From: Candidatus Phycocordibacter aenigmaticus
GTDB lineage: Bacteria; Patescibacteriota; Minisyncoccia; Phycocordibacterales; Phycocordibacteraceae
Assembly (NCBI GenBank): GCA_045401115.1
Contig: CP174359.1
Span: 483,247 to 547,246, forward strand
Length of the DNA: 64,000 bases
Direction: 5' to 3'
Shown: positions 58,874-64,000 of the stretch, piece by piece
Position numbering within the stretch: position 1 is the stretch's first letter
How the letters are laid out: every line of letters begins with the position of its first letter
Made by a program: the position numbers and the translations under genes
Notes under the pieces: model-generated
Told to the model about the DNA's origin: nothing
Databases searched by the model: none
The model's input: only the letters and a program-made list of their open reading frames with translations

Positions 58874-59845
58874 ATGTCTATGAAAAAAACTGATGATCAA
58901 AATAAAAATCAACTCCCGTTTATAGATGATTTTTTATTACATATTCAAGCTAATAATTACTCCGAAGAGACGCTCTATAACTACGAACGCGATCTTAACA
59001 CCTTTGCGCATTTCCTTACTCAAGAGCTTAATGCCCTCCCCTTCAGTAAAGTCACAAAACGGACTATTGAACAATTTAAAGCATATCTAAATTCAAATGA
59101 TAGAAAGACAGCGAGTGGCAATGCTCCAATAAAACGACTCAGTAGTGGCACTATTAATCGCAATCTTACCTCATTGCGTCGTTATCTTACTTTTTTGATT
59201 GATATGGATTACGAAACGCCTATCGAACCAAGTTCTATTAAATTACTCCGTAGAGAAAAACCACATCCGCAAGTATCAGAGTTAAAAGAACTCGTTACCC
59301 TTATAGAGTCACCAATGAAATTTGAAAAAAATAAATTGGTTGCACTCAGAAATCGCGCGGCACTTGAGACACTTCTTGCCAGTGGTATGCGTATCTCGGA
59401 ACTCATTTCACTCAAACGAAATCAACTCGACGCATCAGGCAGAATCTTTATTGAAGGTAAGGGTAAGAAGCAACGTTTTATTTATCTTACTGACCGCGCA
59501 AAAAAACATATCGTTCGTTATCTAGAAGAACGTACTGATGACTCCCCCTATCTCTTTGTACCGAATCGTGGACTTAATGCACATGATAAAAATAAACATA
59601 TCTCAGCAAATTATTTACAAATGAAAATAAAGCACTACCGTGAATTGCTTGGTATAAATGTCCCCACGAGTGCTCACTCGCTTCGACATGGCTTTGCTAC
59701 TTATCTTGCTGAAGAAGGTGCTAATCCGGCAGCAATACAAATCCTCTTAGGTCACGAATCCCTTGAAACCACAACACGCTACGTGCACGCGTCTGATAAA
59801 TATGCAGAAGATACTCATAAAAAATTCCATCCACTAAAAGATTAG
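58874..59845 (+). CDS. Xer-type tyrosine recombinase
   Basis: SEETLYNYERDL N-domain; catalytic R (GMRISE), K (GKGKK), HSLRH, LGH, Y (TTRY). Confidence 0.95.
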   Translation: MSMKKTDDQNKNQLPFIDDFLLHIQANNYSEETLYNYERDLNTFAHFLTQELNALPFSKVTKRTIEQFKAYLNSNDRKTASGNAPIKRLSSGTINRNLTSLRRYLTFLIDMDYETPIEPSSIKLLRREKPHPQVSELKELVTLIESPMKFEKNKLVALRNRAALETLLASGMRISELISLKRNQLDASGRIFIEGKGKKQRFIYLTDRAKKHIVRYLEERTDDSPYLFVPNRGLNAHDKNKHISANYLQMKIKHYRELLGINVPTSAHSLRHGFATYLAEEGANPAAIQILLGHESLETTTRYVHASDKYAEDTHKKFHPLKD

Positions 59846-59896
59846 TGTTGTTCAGAATGGTATACTGATACGTAGTTATTCATTTAATTACTACAT

Positions 59897-60298
59897 ATGA
59901 CACATATTAAAAAATCACAGAACATGATGTTTTTGGGCCGTATTTTACTCGCAATCATTTTTCTTGTTGCCGGTATAAGTAAAATTACTAGTTTTTCTGC
60001 AACAAGTGGTTTTGTGGGAACTGTATTCCCCTTTGCTGAACTCGTTACTGTTCTTGCTATTATTATAGAAATTGGTGGTGCTATTCTTTTGATCGTCGGG
60101 TATCGTACACGATATGCGGCAATTGTCTTGGCAGTGTTTACCCTTGTTGCTGGTTTTGCATTCCATTTTGATCTCAGTGATCAAATGCAAATGACACAAC
60201 TTCTTAAAAACTTTGCGATCGTTGGTGGCCTCCTTTATGTAATTGCAGCAGGTGCGGGGTCGTATTGTATTGAAAAAGATATTCAAGAAGACGCTTAA
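59897..60298 (+). CDS. DoxX family membrane protein
   Basis: GRILLAIIFLVAGISKI, EIGG..GYRTR, KNFAIVGG. Confidence 0.92.
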   Translation: MTHIKKSQNMMFLGRILLAIIFLVAGISKITSFSATSGFVGTVFPFAELVTVLAIIIEIGGAILLIVGYRTRYAAIVLAVFTLVAGFAFHFDLSDQMQMTQLLKNFAIVGGLLYVIAAGAGSYCIEKDIQEDA

Positions 60299-60316
60299 AC
60301 GTAACTAACAAAAACT

Positions 60317-60345
60317 CTAAACACCCCTCTCACGGGGTGTTTTAG
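60317..60345. terminator. Bidirectional terminator
   Basis: AAACACCCC-TCTCAC-GGGGTGTTT between convergent genes. Confidence 0.8.
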
Positions 60346-60357
60346 TATTACAACCTA

Positions 60358-61095
60358 CTATTTCTCGCAGGCGTTATATGCGTCAATCATCTCCTTCAAT
60401 CCGTATTGATACTCTTCAGATGCGGGTTCATATCCTAAACTTTTAATCAAATCACTACGTTCTTTTTTAAGCGCTTCTTGCTCTTCTTCAGGAGTATCGA
60501 GTGGCCATAATACTTCGAATTCAGCAAACTGAGGTAGATATTCAATATCATTTTCTTCTCCATCAACGGTATGCATAATAGGATTGTCAATATCAATACA
60601 CACTGAGCCGAGACGCAGTGATATCCGATCCTTCATACTCGTTTTACTTACAAAGAGCTCAGATTCATCAAAATCAAAACGTTTTTTCAGAAGCATACAC
60701 ATAGCCCGGTACGCCTCGTCATAAGTCGTATACCGCTTGTTGTACTCAACTACTTCCTCTTCATCTTTGTCATTCGCGCGAAATCCTTTAAGGGTTACCT
60801 CAAACGTCTGCTCTCCAGTGTGTTCGGTAAAAGTGCGTATACGAATAGGAGAACCAAATGCTTCAGCAATGTTCACCTGTTTTAAATCAAAACGCTCGTC
60901 AAGGATATGACCATTAAACACGTGTCCCCCTCCCCGCTCCAGTACTTGTTCAATAAGTAAGTCGGTATCAATATCAATGACTCTCACTTCATCCTCAATA
61001 CGAAGATCTTCACGAGGAACAAGTCCTTCAAACGAACCACACCATCCCCTGTCATTACGTTCTTTTTTGTCAGGAGAATTTTCAAAAGAACTCAT
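60358..61095 (-). CDS. Divergent CYTH-like (triphosphate tunnel) protein
   Basis: EDEVRV (ExExK-like), IRIRT, VTLKG, KDR, IDID, FAEFE. Confidence 0.55.
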   Translation of the reverse strand: MSSFENSPDKKERNDRGWCGSFEGLVPREDLRIEDEVRVIDIDTDLLIEQVLERGGGHVFNGHILDERFDLKQVNIAEAFGSPIRIRTFTEHTGEQTFEVTLKGFRANDKDEEEVVEYNKRYTTYDEAYRAMCMLLKKRFDFDESELFVSKTSMKDRISLRLGSVCIDIDNPIMHTVDGEENDIEYLPQFAEFEVLWPLDTPEEEQEALKKERSDLIKSLGYEPASEEYQYGLKEMIDAYNACEK

Positions 61096-61104
61096 AGTGT
61101 GTGT

Positions 61105-61533
61105 TTATTTATTGGCGATGTGTCCCCAACATGGCATTGAAGCACTCCATGGTTGGACTCCTTGCGTATCATAAAGATAACGTGCGTATTCAAGGTTCCC
61201 TTGCAAGGAATAAATATTAATACCAAGCTCATCAGCTGTTTCTTGATGATACCGAGTATTAATTTGCATCACGCCAATATCATCAGAGTCGACAATACCG
61301 CGTAAAATTTCTCCATCTTTCCCAAGATGACGCATACTACTTTCACAGTGTGCAATCTGGGTAAGAATCGGCGCATCGGCAAAATAATCTTCAACGTACG
61401 CTTCAAGAGAATCGATTTGCTGCTCTGCTGATGTTGCCTGCACTGATGTGCTCACAAGATTAGTATGAGCAGACTCTGCCATAGGAGCTGCAAACGCGCC
61501 ACCGGCAATAAATATAAGTATTGGTATAAACAT
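61105..61533 (-). CDS. Secreted lytic-transglycosylase/lysozyme-like protein
   Basis: Signal peptide, IAHCESS, GVMQIN, GVQPW. Confidence 0.8.
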   Translation of the reverse strand: MFIPILIFIAGGAFAAPMAESAHTNLVSTSVQATSAEQQIDSLEAYVEDYFADAPILTQIAHCESSMRHLGKDGEILRGIVDSDDIGVMQINTRYHQETADELGINIYSLQGNLEYARYLYDTQGVQPWSASMPCWGHIANK

Positions 61534-61636
61534 GGTTTTTAGTCACCCTTCTCTAGAATTCTTTACTATCTAATATCTCATCTAGATTCGGTTGGCTATA
61601 AAAACAGCCCACTGCTGTGGACCGTTCTATGACGGT

Positions 61637-61665
61637 ATTCTAGAATAATCTAAAGTGTTTGTCAA
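61637..61665 (-). promoter_or_regulatory. Near-consensus sigma70 promoter of the transglycosylase gene
   Basis: TTGACA (61665-61660), 17 nt, TAGAAT (61642-61637). Confidence 0.75.
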
Positions 61666-61751
61666 GTACTTCAGACTACAAAAAACAAGCTTACTTTTTA
61701 AGCTTAGAAACTATAAAATAACCTTATATTAAGCGCTCAAATAGACTTTTA

Positions 61752-62516
61752 CTAACAACGCACTTGATCAAGGATGGTTGAATATGCCTCTTCAAGAGAG
61801 TCAACAATCGTATACAGATTAGAGTCTTCACTATCAATAGCTTGGAACTTTTCACATAAATGACTCTTAATTAACTCATCAATGGGTTCCCAGTACGATT
61901 TGCCGTACAATATAATTGGAATTTTTTTAATTTTATGTGTTTGAATAAGAGTAAGAATTTCAAAAAATTCATCGAGTGTCCCAAAACCACCTGGAAAATA
62001 TACATATACCTCTGAAGCAAACGTGAGCATCACTTTACGAGTAAAAAAGTAATTAAATGTTTGCACTTCAGTAGTGTAATCATTTGCAGTCTGTTCATAG
62101 GGAAGAGTGATATTGAGTCCAATTGAATCCCCTCCTACTTCGTATGCCCCCTTGTTAGCCGCTTCCATGATGCCGCCTCCCCCGCCGCTGATAATAGCAA
62201 AACCAGACTTCGAGAGTTTCTTAGAAAGCTCAACTGCATCAGTGTATATTTCATCATGAGCATTAGTGCGAGCAGAACCAAAAAAAGTAGCCGCAAGAGA
62301 ATATTTTTTAAGCAACTCAAACCCTTCAGAAAGTTCTGTCGCCATAATATTTGCACGCTCACGATCCATCGGGCGTGTTCGATCAACTTTTGAAGGGTCA
62401 CACGTTCGTAAATCTGCTTCAAGACGATGTTCTTCAGGAGTGCGAAGTTGTTTTTCACTTACCGTCATTTCATCGTTTTGATTCTCCTCCTTATTCTCGT
62501 TTGGCTCTAATTTCAT
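61752..62516 (-). CDS. LOG family (TIGR00730) Rossmann-fold protein
   Basis: FFGSAR, GGGGGIMEAAN, FFTRK, PGGFGTLDE. Confidence 0.95.
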   Translation of the reverse strand: MKLEPNENKEENQNDEMTVSEKQLRTPEEHRLEADLRTCDPSKVDRTRPMDRERANIMATELSEGFELLKKYSLAATFFGSARTNAHDEIYTDAVELSKKLSKSGFAIISGGGGGIMEAANKGAYEVGGDSIGLNITLPYEQTANDYTTEVQTFNYFFTRKVMLTFASEVYVYFPGGFGTLDEFFEILTLIQTHKIKKIPIILYGKSYWEPIDELIKSHLCEKFQAIDSEDSNLYTIVDSLEEAYSTILDQVRC

Positions 62517-62560
62517 ATACAGCAAATAGTATCACTATACAAAGATGGCTATCCCCATGC

Positions 62561-63169
62561 TTATTTTTCCAAGGGTGTTTGCCATGGAATAGCGTATTGG
62601 GTAAATTCTGGTAAAAGCATCCGATCATACAAAAGACGAGAAGCAACTTCACCATGACAAAGCGCACCAGTAAGCGCGTTATGTGGATGCGGCTCCTCAG
62701 GAATACCTACATAATTCAATACCGCGTCAAGATTAAGTGCGGTGCGGTGGTGTTCAGTATCAAAAGGAGGCGTAATCCCTTGTTTAATCATATGCATGTA
62801 TGCCAGCGTATGCGTATCAATAGTGCGATATGCTAAAGGGAATTCGAGATGTGCTCGTTCAGCTGCTGTTCGCATAAAATCTCGGTCAAACGAAGGGTTT
62901 TGTCCTACAATAGTCCAGTCACGTTTATCTTGTATCCAGTTAAAAAAATCAGCAGTAATCTCTCCCTCACTCTTTTTTGTTTCATCGAGAATTTCTTCTT
63001 TAGTGAACCCGTTTACTTCAAGAGCACCGTCATCAATATGAGCACCATCCCAAACCCGACATTCCGCATAAAAACGATCTTCGGGGTTATCAAAATCAAA
63101 AGCGCCAATAGACACCACTGAATGAAGATTAAAATTTACACCAGAAGCTTCTACATCAAGAATAATCAT
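62561..63169 (-). CDS. DEDDh 3'-5' exonuclease (RNase T/DnaQ-like)
   Basis: LDVE, GQNPSFD, IDTH, HNALTG. Confidence 0.88.
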   Translation of the reverse strand: MIILDVEASGVNFNLHSVVSIGAFDFDNPEDRFYAECRVWDGAHIDDGALEVNGFTKEEILDETKKSEGEITADFFNWIQDKRDWTIVGQNPSFDRDFMRTAAERAHLEFPLAYRTIDTHTLAYMHMIKQGITPPFDTEHHRTALNLDAVLNYVGIPEEPHPHNALTGALCHGEVASRLLYDRMLLPEFTQYAIPWQTPLEK

Positions 63170-63227
63170 AACGGATTTTTATTATAAGTAAGGAACATCA
63201 ATACAAACATTTTAACATTGTTTAAGA

Positions 63228-63596
63228 TCATAAACCTTCACAATTTGCTGCCGGCGTATACCCTGCTTGCTCAGCCTCTTTGCGGGTGCCAAACCAAATT
63301 TTATTCTCCTCATTCATAACCTGTGCTCCTGAGCACCACGGGAAATGATATTTTGATCCATGACGTGACGCAACAAAGTTCTGTTCAGATTCATCCCCTC
63401 TACTGAGAGTATCTGTATATGTTGATGAATTTGTTAAAGGCAGCACCTCAAAACCACTCGAAGAGTTATATAGCACCGATAAACGCCCGAGCCCAAAAGC
63501 TGCCAAAGCAGTAAGAGCGATAACGAGTATAATAAAAACGTCGTTGAGCGAAATCCGAAAAAAGTCCTTCATTTTATATAAGAAATTCCATACCAT
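63228..63596 (-). CDS. Membrane-anchored protein with Ada-like metal-binding C-terminus
   Basis: TM..FGLGRLS, VASRHGSKYHFPWC, AEQAGYTPAANC. Confidence 0.8.
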   Translation of the reverse strand: MVWNFLYKMKDFFRISLNDVFIILVIALTALAAFGLGRLSVLYNSSSGFEVLPLTNSSTYTDTLSRGDESEQNFVASRHGSKYHFPWCSGAQVMNEENKIWFGTRKEAEQAGYTPAANCEGL

Positions 63597-63727
63597 ATCT
63601 CAATGCCTTTGACCTTGTCGTATATCACTACTTGAAAAAAACCCTTCTATACAGTATATTACACGATAGATTCTGCAGCTTTCTTTTAGAGAGCTCAAGG
63701 CGGGGTTTATATTAAATAACAGAGTGT

Positions 63728-64000
63728 ATGGCAAAGAAAAAAGCGGGAGGTTCCGCAAAAAACCTAACAGATTCAAAGCCAAAGTATCTTGGTGTGAAAC
63801 TTGGTGACGGTCAACCAGCAAAACCTGGATCGATTATCGTGCGTCAACGCGGTACAAAATTTATTGCCGGAGAAGGTGTTGCTATGGGCAAAGACCATAC
63901 ACTTTTCTCAAAAATCGCTGGGATTGTATCATTTCGTAACGGACGAAAAAAACGTTTTGATGGCTCAACAGTAAGCCGCAAAGTGGTTGATGTTGCCTAA
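63728..64000 (+). CDS. rpmA: 50S ribosomal protein L27
   Basis: [25 protein letters not shown]; stop at 63998-64000. Confidence 0.98.
   Translation: MAKKKAGGSAKNLTDSKPKYLGVKLGDGQPAKPGSIIVRQRGTKFIAGEGVAMGKDHTLFSKIAGIVSFRNGRKKRFDGSTVSRKVVDVA

Noticed and set aside
58874-59845. Integron integrase or prophage integrase
   Set aside because: No IntI-specific insertion evident, no attC cassette array or phage cargo; flanks are ordinary genes.

Overview
Gene-dense, AT-rich bacterial chromosomal segment using the standard genetic code (TGA acts as stop). Gene content and style suggest Patescibacteria/CPR (Parcubacteria-like); this is inference, from the shortened AlaRS and AspRS, the FtsA/PilM-like plus baseplate-J-like pair, the sigma-70-r4/HARE-HTH protein and the scarcity of Shine-Dalgarno motifs. 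Most of the window is housekeeping: ddl, tRNA-Ala(TGC), an AbrB-adaptor-RND operon, ychF, leuS, mltG, mnmA, ung, alaS, the infA-rpmJ-rpsMKD-rpoA-rplQ-rplM-rpsI cluster, grpE-dnaK-dnaJ, trpS, aspS, pepA, scpAB-dac-mraY-ftsW-murG, gltX, an M23 peptidase, a Xer-type recombinase, LOG and rpmA. Most notable observations: (1) tRNA-Ala is embedded in direct and inverted copies of its own 5' end, anticodon arm and 3' end; (2) RpoA has no C-terminal domain, while many genes have an extended -10 only 6-9 nt before the start codon (leaderless) and several promoters carry DnaA boxes; (3) a translationally coupled acyltransferase / acyl-ACP-reductase-like / 7TM histidine kinase cassette; (4) an unannotated promoter-structured RNA-Cys micropeptide unit between pepA and scpA; (5) an 11-6-11 dif-like site directly upstream of the recombinase; (6) an sxtIJK-like carbamoyltransferase cassette; (7) several small ORFs missed by the ORF track. 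No CRISPR array, rRNA or transposase was seen.
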